From Cyanobacteria bacterium P01_A01_bin.123 (GTDB taxonomy: Bacteria > Cyanobacteriota > Cyanobacteriia > Phormidesmidales > Phormidesmidaceae), in the NCBI GenBank assembly GCA_039815185.1, contig JBCBZT010000008.1, forward strand, positions 64,001 through 128,000: a stretch of 64,000 nt of DNA. Direction: 5' to 3'. How positions within the stretch are numbered: the stretch's first letter is position 1; every line of letters begins with the position of its first letter. Positions 27,067 through 37,193 of the stretch are shown here, one piece after another. The notes beneath the pieces were generated by a model. It was not told the origin of the DNA and did no database searches. It worked only from the letters and a program-made list of their open reading frames with translations. Made by a program: the position numbers and the translations under genes.

Positions 27067-28422
27067 TTAAAGATCAAGCACCACTTTGTTTGTCTTGGGT
27101 TTAGAGACGCAGATCAACACCGAGCCTTCATCCGGAGTACCCGTGGGCGGTTCGTCGTAGGCGACTTCTCCCGCTTGGATAGGACACATACAGGTGAGGC
27201 AAATGCCCGCCCGACAGCTGTAAGCTGGCTCTAACCCTTGAGATTCAGCAAAGTCAAGCAATGTCCCAGCCTCAGCCGTCCAGGTTGCGGTTTTACCCGA
27301 TTGGGCAAAGACGACTTCAGCTGTGCTGACGGCATCAGCGGCGGGTTCAGGCGCTGCAACTGCGGCTTTTGGGCCCTTCGAAAAAGACTCGAAAAAGACG
27401 TTGGTTTCAGAAACGCCCCACTCAGCTAGCCCGGCCCGCAATGCATCCATAAAACTGGGGGAACCACACAAGAAGTAGTCAGCGGCGGTGGGGTTGATAT
27501 GTTCTGCGATCGCAGGGGCGACAAGCGATTGAATCCGCTCAATATCCACGTAGCCCGTGCCGTGATAAAGGTCAGCATCTTCGGGTCGGGGGCGACTGTA
27601 ACAAAAATGAAGTTGGAGGTTGGGGGTTTGGGCCGCCACGGATAACATCTCTTCCCGCAGGGCATGATACTCACCATTTCGAGCCCCATGCAGAAACCAA
27701 ACCGGGCGAGCTGGGTTTACCGCGCTGACCGCTTTGGCCATGCTGATCATGGGGGTAATGCCGACGCCGTTGCTGATCAAAATAGCCGGTTTTGTATCCC
27801 CAACATTCAGCACAAACTTGCCGTTGGGCGGTTTGACGGGAATCACAGATCCTTCCTGAATGTGGTCGTGCATAAAGGTTGAGGCAATACCGGGCGGCAC
27901 CTCTAGCCCTTTGGGAGACCCTTCTCGCTTAATAGACAGGCGGTAGTAGGTCGGATTTACGGCATAGTCAGACAATGAATAGGTGCGAATGACCGGGCGG
28001 GGCTGGCCAGGAATCTCAAGCTTTAGCGTTAAAAACTGTCCGGGCTGGAAGTTGGGGAGCGGGCCTTGGTCTTGGGGCTGTAGATAAAAGGAGGTAATTT
28101 CTCGACTTTCTTGCACCTTGCGAGTCACGACAAAATTGCGCCAATCTTTCCAGATGTCAGGGCCATCGCCTGCGTGCACATCTGGCTGATGGGAGACGGC
28201 TATCTTATCCTTTGACCCTGGAGTCGCCAATCCTGTAACCGCACCGACCCCAGCCCCGATAGCTGCCGCCGCAACCCCAACTTCATGGCCAATCGCTGCG
28301 CCAGTGCCGTTGGCCAAACCAATCACTGCGCCAGCCACCAGAGTCGCCATTGAGCCGCCCATGCCGATTCCGGCCAGGCTTCTGAGGAGAGGATTTTTAA
28401 TCTGACTAAGGATGTCTACCAT
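27067..28422 (-). CDS. FAD/NAD-binding oxidoreductase with C-terminal 2Fe-2S domain and Gly-rich hydrophobic N-terminus
   Basis: RTYSLS, GVGITP, FLCGS, FFESF; CRAGIC..C...C ferredoxin. Confidence 0.88.
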   Translation of the reverse strand: MVDILSQIKNPLLRSLAGIGMGGSMATLVAGAVIGLANGTGAAIGHEVGVAAAAIGAGVGAVTGLATPGSKDKIAVSHQPDVHAGDGPDIWKDWRNFVVTRKVQESREITSFYLQPQDQGPLPNFQPGQFLTLKLEIPGQPRPVIRTYSLSDYAVNPTYYRLSIKREGSPKGLEVPPGIASTFMHDHIQEGSVIPVKPPNGKFVLNVGDTKPAILISNGVGITPMISMAKAVSAVNPARPVWFLHGARNGEYHALREEMLSVAAQTPNLQLHFCYSRPRPEDADLYHGTGYVDIERIQSLVAPAIAEHINPTAADYFLCGSPSFMDALRAGLAEWGVSETNVFFESFSKGPKAAVAAPEPAADAVSTAEVVFAQSGKTATWTAEAGTLLDFAESQGLEPAYSCRAGICLTCMCPIQAGEVAYDEPPTGTPDEGSVLICVSKPKTNKVVLDL

Positions 28423-28572
28423 GGCTATTTATTTCAGTCCCATCGCCTATGGCATCAAGTTAGCAGATCCCGACTGTACAATCCTTAAGCATTTATGAGA
28501 CGTTGTGCATAGACATTTGGATATTCCCGACTTCCGCTGTGAAGGCTGCGCCAACGACTCCGCGCAGAAAAC

Positions 28573-28673
28573 GCTGGCTACCCATTAGCACCCCTCTGCC
28601 TACGGCACCTCCCCTTGATAAGAGGAGGCCGGGTAGGGTCTGATTTGTAGCTCAATTTTGGAAAATTGGTGTC
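28573..28673 (-). repeat. Dispersed MITE/REP-like repeat, copy 1
   Basis: Its reverse complement aligns with 55722-55833 (...atcagacc...cctcc...aggggaggtgccgtag...gtagccag). Confidence 0.75.
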
Positions 28674-28709
28674 AGCTAAGATTAGGAAACCAGCTTAACC
28701 TCCAACCTT

Positions 28710-30890
28710 ATGAGCAGTCCTAGCCCCGGCCCCCTTGGCGTGTTTGAAGACCCGATTGCCGGTGGACTCACCGAAATTGTATTTAGTATTGCGACTAAAG
28801 TAGGTGGGGCCTTTATTGAGACGATCAAAGACAAGCGACAGGCTAAAACAGCACTAGATCGCTATGAAGCCAAATACCGCCAGCGCTACGGGTCGGTGCG
28901 AATTTTGGGCATGAAGCAAGACTATCCCTTAGAGCAGGTCTATACCAAGGTCAAGTTTCTCGATGACATCAGTATTCGTCGTTTTGAATCTATTCAAACC
29001 CTTGAGGAAGCCTATCGGGATGGGGGCAAAAGGCGGTTGAGTTCGTCCAGTAGTGTGCCTCAAAGCGGGCCAACTGTCGTCAATCAACATGAGCGACTCA
29101 CGGTCTTAGGACAACCAGGGGCTGGGAAATCCACGTTCTTAAGACGAGTCGGGTTAGCTGCTTTTCGAGGCCAGCAAAAGGCTCCGCTTAAGTTTGACTG
29201 TATTCCCGTTTTCTTAGAGCTGAAGCGGTTTAATCCGACCCAGATTGATCTGCTGGGAGCAGTAGCTCAGGAACTCTCCAACTTTGGGTTTCCAGAAACG
29301 CCAGAGTTTGCAGCCAAAGCCCTGGAGCAAGGCAAGTTATTAGTCCTGTTAGATGGGCTCGATGAAGTTCCTAAAGGTATCTTGAATCCAGCTATTGAAG
29401 CCATTCAAGACTTCGTTACCCGTTACGACAAAAACCGCTTCATTACCTCTTGTCGCACTGCCGCCCACCGTACTGACTTTCGTGGCTTCATCAATGTTGA
29501 GCTAGCTGACTTTGACGACGAGCAAATTAAGATATTCATTCAAAACTGGTTTCAAACTCCACTCGATAAGGCCAGCCAAACAGCCCAGCGCTGTTGGCAG
29601 CAGCTCAACGACGAACGCAACCACGCCGCCAAGGAGCTGGCCCAAACGCCGCTGTTGCTGACATTCTTGTGCTTGGTCTATAACCGGACTCAAAAGTTCT
29701 TTGATAAACGGGCTACTCTTTATCACAAAGCACTAGATATTTTGTTGGAGGAATGGGCGGCCGATAAGCGATTGGAAATGGGCGATATCTATGAAGGACT
29801 GAATACCGAGCTAGAAAAGGTGTTGCTTGCAGAGATTGCCTACAATGGGTTTGTCAACGATCAACTTTTCTTTACGCGACAAGAGCTTACAGATCAAATT
29901 AACCACTTCATCGAAGATACTGCAGATAAACCAACGCTGCCAGGGAAGGATATTCTTGACGCTATTGCCGAACAGCAAGGAATTTTTGTTGAGCGGGCAG
30001 AGGATGTGTATTCCTTCTCTCATTTGACCCTACAGGAATATTTGACTGCCCAATACATCAGCCAAGATTCACAGCTCGTTATTGATGTAGTTAACGCTCA
30101 TCTTTTAGAAGATCGATGGCGTGAAGTTTTCTTATTGATTCCAGGATTGTTACGCAAGGCAGATGCCTATTTGTTAGATATGCAGTCAGTTGCTCAGCGC
30201 TGCCTTAGCACCCCCAAGCTCAAGGAGCTGATCGACTGGGCCAACGGCGCCACAAAAGGTTCAGAGAGTAACTACAAGCCAGTTGCCAAACGGGTAGCTG
30301 CAATCTTTATTGCCCGCGATCTCTCTATCACGCTTGCCCGCGACATCGACCTTGAACTTGCCATCGTCCGCGCCCGCGACATCACCAATGCCCGTGATCT
30401 TGCCCGTGCTCTCTCTATTTCTATTACCCGCGATCTTTCTAGCATCAGCGCTAGTGCCAGCGCTAGTGCCAGCGGCAGTGCAAGCGGCTTCGGCCACGGT
30501 TTCAGCTTCAGCGCCATCGACTTTGCCCTTGACTTTGCCCTCACTCTTGCCTTCGATCTTGCCGGAGAGTTTAAACGTTTAAATGTATTCGAGAAAATTG
30601 ATTTCTCTACAATCATCATGCATTTTGAGGCGTTTAAAGCACAGACTAAAAGTAATCACACATTATTCAACAATCGTCGGGAATTGATTGAAAGAATAAA
30701 CGAGATTTGGTGCCAAGCACTTACCCTTAATCCTGACCTCCTGAAACTCTCCGACCATGAGGTTGAAAATCTCACACATTATCTCTCTGCTAACCGTCTA
30801 ATTTTAGAATGCAAAGGTTCAGCTATACGCGTCTCTAAGAACACTTGGGACATGATTGAAAACCGCATGTTAACCCTTTGGAAAGAGTAA
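28710..30890 (+). CDS. NACHT NTPase (bacterial NLR-like) with a low-complexity helical C-terminus
   Basis: Walker A GQPGAGKST, LLDGLDEV, ITSCR, TPLLL, FSHLTLQEYLTA and W.EV motifs; ARD(L/I) repeats. Confidence 0.92.
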   Translation: MSSPSPGPLGVFEDPIAGGLTEIVFSIATKVGGAFIETIKDKRQAKTALDRYEAKYRQRYGSVRILGMKQDYPLEQVYTKVKFLDDISIRRFESIQTLEEAYRDGGKRRLSSSSSVPQSGPTVVNQHERLTVLGQPGAGKSTFLRRVGLAAFRGQQKAPLKFDCIPVFLELKRFNPTQIDLLGAVAQELSNFGFPETPEFAAKALEQGKLLVLLDGLDEVPKGILNPAIEAIQDFVTRYDKNRFITSCRTAAHRTDFRGFINVELADFDDEQIKIFIQNWFQTPLDKASQTAQRCWQQLNDERNHAAKELAQTPLLLTFLCLVYNRTQKFFDKRATLYHKALDILLEEWAADKRLEMGDIYEGLNTELEKVLLAEIAYNGFVNDQLFFTRQELTDQINHFIEDTADKPTLPGKDILDAIAEQQGIFVERAEDVYSFSHLTLQEYLTAQYISQDSQLVIDVVNAHLLEDRWREVFLLIPGLLRKADAYLLDMQSVAQRCLSTPKLKELIDWANGATKGSESNYKPVAKRVAAIFIARDLSITLARDIDLELAIVRARDITNARDLARALSISITRDLSSISASASASASGSASGFGHGFSFSAIDFALDFALTLAFDLAGEFKRLNVFEKIDFSTIIMHFEAFKAQTKSNHTLFNNRRELIERINEIWCQALTLNPDLLKLSDHEVENLTHYLSANRLILECKGSAIRVSKNTWDMIENRMLTLWKE

Positions 30891-30965
30891 TAATGCTATT
30901 GCGAAAATAATTTTCTCTACCATCACAGGACGAAAAAGCAAACCGTCCTATAGTTCCCGCCAATT

Positions 30966-32096
30966 TCAATACTCAGCGTAGTTCAGAAGCTCACTAATCG
31001 GCTGGGCAAAGTCAGACGCGATCGCATCTCCCCCACGCTCATACACCATTTCAAACAGTTCAGTGCGCTGCTCATCCGTCAAGTCATTGATAAAAGCACT
31101 CCCGCCGAAGAAATCCTGACTGCCAAATAAGCCCTGAATCGCGACAATTCCTTCATCGTGTAACGTGTCATAGAAAGCTTCAGACTCAGGGCGGATGCCG
31201 GTAAAGGCGCTGACTTGTTCAAACTCAAAGGGGGCAGCTTCAATCTCGACAAAGACATCGAGTTGATTCTCTGAATTGATCGATAACCCCAGATGAATAT
31301 CAGGATTTAGGCTATGAATCGCGATCGCTTGGTCTAAATCTTGGGTAATAAAACGCACCTGGTCTTCAGCATCTAGCGTGGTGATGATTTCTACCACTTC
31401 CTCAAAGAAATCGTCAGACTTGAGGTCGAGTTCTAAAATCGTGCGACCTTCGGCCCACTCCAGGGCTGCATGTAGGGTAGGCACCTTAAAATCAGTCACA
31501 TTGCCGTTATTATCGACCAATTGCAACGCTTGAATTTGGGCTAGGCTCGTCTCAGAGACAAGCCCCATGCCCGTCGTCGTCCGATCCAGCGTATCATCGT
31601 GCATCAAAATCCAGGCCCCATCAGCCGTACGACGGACATCAACTTCCAACAGGGCTGGGGCAAAAGTGAGCGTATTTTCAAAGGTTTCAATCGCATTTTC
31701 GGGGAATCCCGTTGTGAAACCGCCCCGGTGGGCTGAAATCAGATCTGGGTAATTCTCATCCCAAGCAAAGAAATCATGGATAGCATCGTCGGGCACTTCA
31801 ATGAAATAGCTGTTGTTGCGAAACCCAATGTACTCATTTAAAGACCCAGCAGCTGGAATTGGCCCCAGGCGATCGCTCGATAAGGCATAAACACTCCCAA
31901 TCGGTTCATCAATGATGCCTGAGAGCCCCACAACTTCGGTGCTCTCCAATTGGAAGCCGGTCTTGAAGGCCACCTGCTTGATGAATTCGATCGGCTTGCA
32001 AGTGTTGAAAGGCTCTGTCGGCAAGCTCACATCGACCCCGCTAAGGCAGTGATCAAGGCCAACCACAGCAAAATCCACAACCATTAGGTCAAACAT
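30966..32096 (-). CDS. Glycerophosphodiester phosphodiesterase (GDPD)
   Basis: SAHRGG...PENAI, EVDVRRTADG..ILMHD.TLDRTT, ELDLK. Confidence 0.88.
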   Translation of the reverse strand: MFDLMVVDFAVVGLDHCLSGVDVSLPTEPFNTCKPIEFIKQVAFKTGFQLESTEVVGLSGIIDEPIGSVYALSSDRLGPIPAAGSLNEYIGFRNNSYFIEVPDDAIHDFFAWDENYPDLISAHRGGFTTGFPENAIETFENTLTFAPALLEVDVRRTADGAWILMHDDTLDRTTTGMGLVSETSLAQIQALQLVDNNGNVTDFKVPTLHAALEWAEGRTILELDLKSDDFFEEVVEIITTLDAEDQVRFITQDLDQAIAIHSLNPDIHLGLSINSENQLDVFVEIEAAPFEFEQVSAFTGIRPESEAFYDTLHDEGIVAIQGLFGSQDFFGGSAFINDLTDEQRTELFEMVYERGGDAIASDFAQPISELLNYAEY

Positions 32097-32487
32097 GTCA
32101 TCCCCCTCAGCAGGCTAGAAGGTTGCCAGGTCATGCTTTTAAATCAAGCACAGGCAAGACGTCAGCCACATCCGATTTGAACCTCTGAGCTTTAGCTTAG
32201 GCAAACACTATAGATCTAGATGTGGACGCAGTTCAGTTAGCCCGTAGATTACCACAACATTATCTTTTCTATTGAATGCTGTGGTCGGTTCAATCAGACA
32301 GTCTTAAAAGTGCCTGTTTTGTTCACTCGGAAATTGAGGCTGAGCTTAGCTTAGCAATACTCCAAATTTTCGATTTTGGATTTTCGGTTTTGGATTGCAC
32401 AATCTTTGCTGTTAGCGGCCTCTGACAAGGCTATGGGCAGCCGGACTGAAGCAACACAGGTAACCATAACGATTTATTTTTGGAAAG

Positions 32488-33120
32488 ATGTCTACATTGC
32501 CAATTGCGACGCCTTGGGCACGTCAACTGCCGCTGATCTGCATTCTCTATCGATTTGTAGCCGGCCCCGGCCTGCTGTGGGCAGCCTGGCAAGGGCATAA
32601 AGGTGCTTTCGTCAGTCTTTTTGTGCTGGCCTTTATCTCGGATGTGGTAGATGGCATGATTGCTCGGCGGCTCCAGGTGGTGACATCAAGACTACGGGAA
32701 GCCGATAGTCGCGCTGACCTCAGCCTCTACCTTTGCGTGATTGCCGCAATCTGGCTGGTGCATCCAGACGTTTTGGTTGAGTTCTGGGTACCGTTAACTT
32801 TCGCGATCGCGGCTCAAGGCTTGCAATGGCTCACAGGGTTGATTAAATATGGACGCCTGCCGAGTTATCACAGCTACTCGGCTAAGTTGTGGGGGGTGTC
32901 ACTAGCGATCGCCACAGTGGCCCTCTTTGCATTCGACTATGCCGGCATAACGTTCTTGGCCACCTTGCTCATTGGCACACTGCATAACCTTGAAGAAGTC
33001 GCCATGACGTTTATCTTGCCCACCTGGACTTTTGATGTCAAAACGATTCAAAAAGCCGGGGAGATTCGCAGGGAAACCCTGAACGAAGAGCGCTTGGCAG
33101 CTTCTCTGGGCAGCGCATAA
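32488..33120 (+). CDS. CDP-alcohol phosphatidyltransferase family protein
   Basis: SDVVDGMIARR......DSRAD motif (DxxDG.xAR...D...D). Confidence 0.85.
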   Translation: MSTLPIATPWARQLPLICILYRFVAGPGLLWAAWQGHKGAFVSLFVLAFISDVVDGMIARRLQVVTSRLREADSRADLSLYLCVIAAIWLVHPDVLVEFWVPLTFAIAAQGLQWLTGLIKYGRLPSYHSYSAKLWGVSLAIATVALFAFDYAGITFLATLLIGTLHNLEEVAMTFILPTWTFDVKTIQKAGEIRRETLNEERLAASLGSA

Positions 33121-33322
33121 AAAAGGTAGAGGCATCGCATGTGATGTCCCTACCTGGGGTTAGACCCCCACTAAGGAGGTCATGGATATGACTTGAACGC
33201 AATTCCCGTGAAGGCTGCTGAAATAAGGCCTAGTGTTGTTCGCTAAATCTCCATACCAAGTCCAGCTCGGGATGTGGAATTTGCCCGTAGGCAAAACTCC
33301 AGATCTAAACTTAGATTCAGAT

Positions 33323-33439
33323 TTAGACCGAAATTTTAGATGCCCATTCTTGAACGAATGCGATCGCAGTTTCTAACCAACCACAGCCCCAAAAGTTGCA
33401 AATTTCAATGGTCGCCAGCAGCATAACAGTGTTCATCAT
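33323..33439 (-). CDS. Putative 38-aa small protein
   Basis: MMNTVMLLATIEICNFWGCGWLETAIAFVQEWASKISV*, preceded by GGAGG 4 nt upstream of the first ATG. Confidence 0.35.
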   Translation of the reverse strand: MMNTVMLLATIEICNFWGCGWLETAIAFVQEWASKISV

Positions 33440-33626
33440 CGATCCTCCAAAACGTCTAGCTACAGATACGCCAAAGGCCAGTCGCACACAGGCAAAGACT
33501 GATGAAGATCCGGTGAAATTACTGAAAGCTGCTGTTTTGCAAGAGCTGGGTGACCCAGAACTCGTTCACAATTGCCTGACCGCAAAGATTTCACAATCCA
33601 AAATCGAAAATCCAAAATGTCTAGCA

Positions 33627-35894
33627 TTAGACCCCAATAAACCCAGCTTCTACCAAGGCCGTCGTCTCTACCCCGGGCAAAATCGCCAGGATTTCGTCAC
33701 CCGCGTTGATGGTGTCACCGCTGAAGGACAATGCCCCAAAGGTTAGGCCATCCGTCAGACCAATGAAGTCAGTATCAACTTCAAAGTCCGTAATGGTGTC
33801 GGTTCCTTCATCCAAGGCGAGGACAAAGGTATCGGCCCCTTGCCCCCCTGAGAAGTCATCCCCAGTGAGGATATCGTTGCCCAGGCCGCCCCGCAAAATG
33901 TCATCGCCATCATCCCCCCAAATCAGGTCATCGCCTGCTTCGCCAAACAGAATGTCGTTGCCACCCTTGCCACCGATGCGATCGTTGCCGGCCCCACCAA
34001 AGATGATGTCATCGCCACCCACAGCACCTTGAGCATTGCGATTATTGCGATCGCCGCGCAGCACGTCATCCCCATCTCCACCCAAAAGTGTATCGGCTGC
34101 TAATCCGCCTGCGACCAGGTCAGCCCCTGCGAAGCCCAGAATGCGATCGCGGTCTGCTCCCCCTAACAGTTCATCATCACTGTCGGTGCCTTCGATCAGA
34201 GAGAACCCAGAGGGGGCGATCGCGAACTGATTGCGAATCTCAGGGGACTGCAGGGCGATATCAGGATTGGCCAATAGATCAGCCTGGGTGTAAGGTTCAA
34301 CGCCGTAGGTCGTCACGGTCAGGGCTTGTGTCAGCGGGTCAATTTCAAACTCGCTCCAGCCATAGTTGTGAGCCGCGATGTACTCGCCCTGCAACAGGGT
34401 GGCATCGATACCAGAATCTTCTAATCCAACCGGATCAAAGCCCAGGGGTGTGAGTCGCGCATCCAAGACTTCCCGGACGTACTGGTTCCGGGCATCGACA
34501 TCGGTGAGCGCTAGATACTCAGCCTGACTTTTGCCCTGAGCTGCTAGCAACGAGGTTGGTGTAAAGCCCACGGTTGCTGGCCCAAAGGGCGCTGCAAAGG
34601 TTTCGTTAAACGGCTCAGGCAAAAACGGCACAGTTAACTGAATGCCGACTGGCCCAATCATCACGTCTACCACGTCGGTCGCAATCTGGGGGCCACCAAA
34701 GGTTTCTTGATAAGTGACGTTGTTAACCACATGGCCATGGAAGTCGCCGGTGATAAATACGACGTTGTCGATATCGTTCTCATCGATGAAGCTAAGCAAC
34801 TCGGCGCGCTCTGCGGCATAGCCCTCCCAACGTTCCCCCGCGACGGGAATGCCAAAGTTCTGCATCGGCACCGTAGACATCACAAACTTCCAGGTAATGC
34901 CCGCTTCCTCAGCGGCGAGCAAGTCCTGCTTGAACTGCTCAAGTTGCGCTTGGCCCAGCATCGTACGCCCGGGTTCAAAGGCTGCTTCAAGATAGGCGTC
35001 TACTGCCTCGGGTAATGCGGTTTCTGGCAAAAATGGCAGCGGTGCATCCCGAAAGGAGCGCACATCTAAAACGTAGCTAGCAGCGTCGCTGCCAAAGGTG
35101 TTGAACCGATATAGATTTTGCTCATCGGCGGTGCGGGCATCCCCTGTCTCGCCGTAAAACTCATCCCGTAGGGGCTTGTAGTCTTGAAATGCTTCAAGGC
35201 CCGCATCAAATGCCGGGGTGTCGTTGACAAAGCCAGTCTCCGCGTCACCAAAAATTTGATCGCGCTGGGGCGAATCTGCCGGAGCCGCACCACCTGCAAA
35301 GTCATTGGTGATTTCGTGATCGTCCCAGGTAGAGTAAATGCTGGTAGATGCCCGTAAATCAGCCCAGTTGTTGACCCCAAAGCGCTCAGTGTAGATTTCG
35401 GCGTGCTTAATCCGAAATTCTTCTAAGGTCTGGGCTTGGGTGACCCCGGGCAAGGCTGGCGACTCGCTATCGGCTTCGAGGGTGTCCCCCATCTGCACAA
35501 AGAAGTCGAGGTCACGTTCAGCTCCGTTCGCGATCGCAGGAAATGGGCTCAACTCCCCCTGCCAGTCTCCCGAAACGCCAAAGCGCAGTCCCGAATACGT
35601 GCCCACAGGGGCAGGAGTACGGAACTGACCTGTTGCGATCGCGCCAGCAGCATCAGTGACGCGATAGAAATACTCAGTTGCAGGCAATAACCCCTCTACT
35701 GCTACTTTGACAGGCACCAATGGATCGCTGACGCTAGCAGTCTGCGTTTCTACAATCGCGGTGAAATCTGCATGGGTGCCATACTCAAACGTAACCTCCC
35801 CAATAGCAGTGCTGCGAGTCCAAAGTACCGTAGAGGTTTGGGTGGTATCGCCGCTGGCAACACCGTTGGGTAAGGAAGCGGGGAAATCTGCCAT
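33627..35894 (-). CDS. PhoD-like alkaline phosphatase with RTX / type I secretion tail
   Basis: GVASGD...VLWTR, WDDHE..ND, W.GY..ER and ITGDFH motifs; GGxGxD nonapeptides at the C-terminus. Likely ATG at 35894. Confidence 0.9.
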   Translation of the reverse strand: MADFPASLPNGVASGDTTQTSTVLWTRSTAIGEVTFEYGTHADFTAIVETQTASVSDPLVPVKVAVEGLLPATEYFYRVTDAAGAIATGQFRTPAPVGTYSGLRFGVSGDWQGELSPFPAIANGAERDLDFFVQMGDTLEADSESPALPGVTQAQTLEEFRIKHAEIYTERFGVNNWADLRASTSIYSTWDDHEITNDFAGGAAPADSPQRDQIFGDAETGFVNDTPAFDAGLEAFQDYKPLRDEFYGETGDARTADEQNLYRFNTFGSDAASYVLDVRSFRDAPLPFLPETALPEAVDAYLEAAFEPGRTMLGQAQLEQFKQDLLAAEEAGITWKFVMSTVPMQNFGIPVAGERWEGYAAERAELLSFIDENDIDNVVFITGDFHGHVVNNVTYQETFGGPQIATDVVDVMIGPVGIQLTVPFLPEPFNETFAAPFGPATVGFTPTSLLAAQGKSQAEYLALTDVDARNQYVREVLDARLTPLGFDPVGLEDSGIDATLLQGEYIAAHNYGWSEFEIDPLTQALTVTTYGVEPYTQADLLANPDIALQSPEIRNQFAIAPSGFSLIEGTDSDDELLGGADRDRILGFAGADLVAGGLAADTLLGGDGDDVLRGDRNNRNAQGAVGGDDIIFGGAGNDRIGGKGGNDILFGEAGDDLIWGDDGDDILRGGLGNDILTGDDFSGGQGADTFVLALDEGTDTITDFEVDTDFIGLTDGLTFGALSFSGDTINAGDEILAILPGVETTALVEAGFIGV

Positions 35895-36099
35895 CGGAGT
35901 TTCAACACAACGCAACGTAGCAGATTCTACTGAAGCTATTTTGCTAAAACATTTAGAAAAAAATAAGGTTGGTTTATGGATAGGGCGATGAGATGAACTC
36001 AGCAACGTCAACGATGGTATTAGTACTTCCACCGACTGCCAGCCTAAAGGCGGCTGTCCCAGCCCTAACCAATCGACACATCATGAAGCCATAATCAAT

Positions 36100-37188
36100 A
36101 TGAAATCCTTTATGGTTGATCACGTGTTTACAAAAGCGACCTTACTCTCTACAAGCTTTGTGATTCTAGGGCTATCTTTGCAATCTTCAATAGACGTCAA
36201 AGCCCAGGAATTGCCTCTCTTAGAGCCTGCTTCAGCAGTAACAAGCCTCCCTATTTATGACAGCTACATTCTGGGCCCTGGAGATCGGCTGTCTCTGACT
36301 TTCTTTAACGTCCCTGAGTACGACGGAGAAGAATCTGTTCTGGTAGATGGATCGATCGATTTGCCCGTAATTGGGCGGTTACCAGTCGCTGGATTAACCC
36401 TTGAAGGAGCCACTCAGGCCGTTGAGAGTGCCTACACAAACTACTTAATAGACCCTCTAATTACCGTCAATCTGGTCGCCCCTCGTCCTATAAAAATCGG
36501 GGTTTCAGGCGAAGTCAATCGACCTGGCCCCTATGAAATCTCGCTCACAGACGAAGAAGATGGCGTTATCGAATGGCCAACGGTGGTCGAAGCGATTCAG
36601 TTATCTGGCGGTATCACCAATCAGGCCAACGTGCGGCAAGTTGAAATTCGTCGACCTCAACCCTTAGGGGGTGAACAAATCATCCAAATTGACTTCTGGA
36701 TGATTTTGACAACTGGCAATATCCAAGATGACCTTACCCTGCGTGATGGGGATTCAATTTATATCCCGACAGCAACGGCCCTAACACCCGAGGAGTTGAC
36801 CCAACTCTCAGCGGCCAATTTCTCACCCGAGAATATTCGGGTGACAGTCGTGGGAGAAGTCCCTGAACCCGGCACCGTTGAGATTCCACCCAACGCCCCC
36901 TTGAATCAGGCTCTGCTAGCGGCAGGTGGGTTTGATCCGCGGCGCGCCAACACCGATCAAGTAGAACTAGTCCGGCTTAACCCAGATGGTACGGTTTCCC
37001 AACGCACTATCTCTGTTGCCTTTAATCAAGGCCTTAACGAAGAAACGAATCCCGCTTTACAAAACAACGATGTCGTCCTGGTTGGGCGATCGGGGAGAGC
37101 CGCTTTTTCTGATGTTGTTGAGGGTATATTTAGCCCTTTGGGGAGAATTTTAGCGCCGTTCAACGTATTAGACCGTTTACTAGATTAA
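36100..37188 (+). CDS. Polysaccharide export protein (Wza/OPX, SLBB domains)
   Basis: YILGPGD, DGSIDLPVIG, GEVNRPG and LRDGDSI motifs. Confidence 0.9.
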   Translation: MKSFMVDHVFTKATLLSTSFVILGLSLQSSIDVKAQELPLLEPASAVTSLPIYDSYILGPGDRLSLTFFNVPEYDGEESVLVDGSIDLPVIGRLPVAGLTLEGATQAVESAYTNYLIDPLITVNLVAPRPIKIGVSGEVNRPGPYEISLTDEEDGVIEWPTVVEAIQLSGGITNQANVRQVEIRRPQPLGGEQIIQIDFWMILTTGNIQDDLTLRDGDSIYIPTATALTPEELTQLSAANFSPENIRVTVVGEVPEPGTVEIPPNAPLNQALLAAGGFDPRRANTDQVELVRLNPDGTVSQRTISVAFNQGLNEETNPALQNNDVVLVGRSGRAAFSDVVEGIFSPLGRILAPFNVLDRLLD

Positions 37189-37193
37189 GCGAG

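Noticed and set aside
30261..30619. Overlapping Arg/Ala/Ser-rich ORFs
   Set aside because: Alternative-frame shadows of the NACHT low-complexity tract.
33396..33746. 116-aa plus-strand ORF
   Set aside because: It overlaps the phoD 3' end in antisense, runs through a heptamer repeat, and has no motif.
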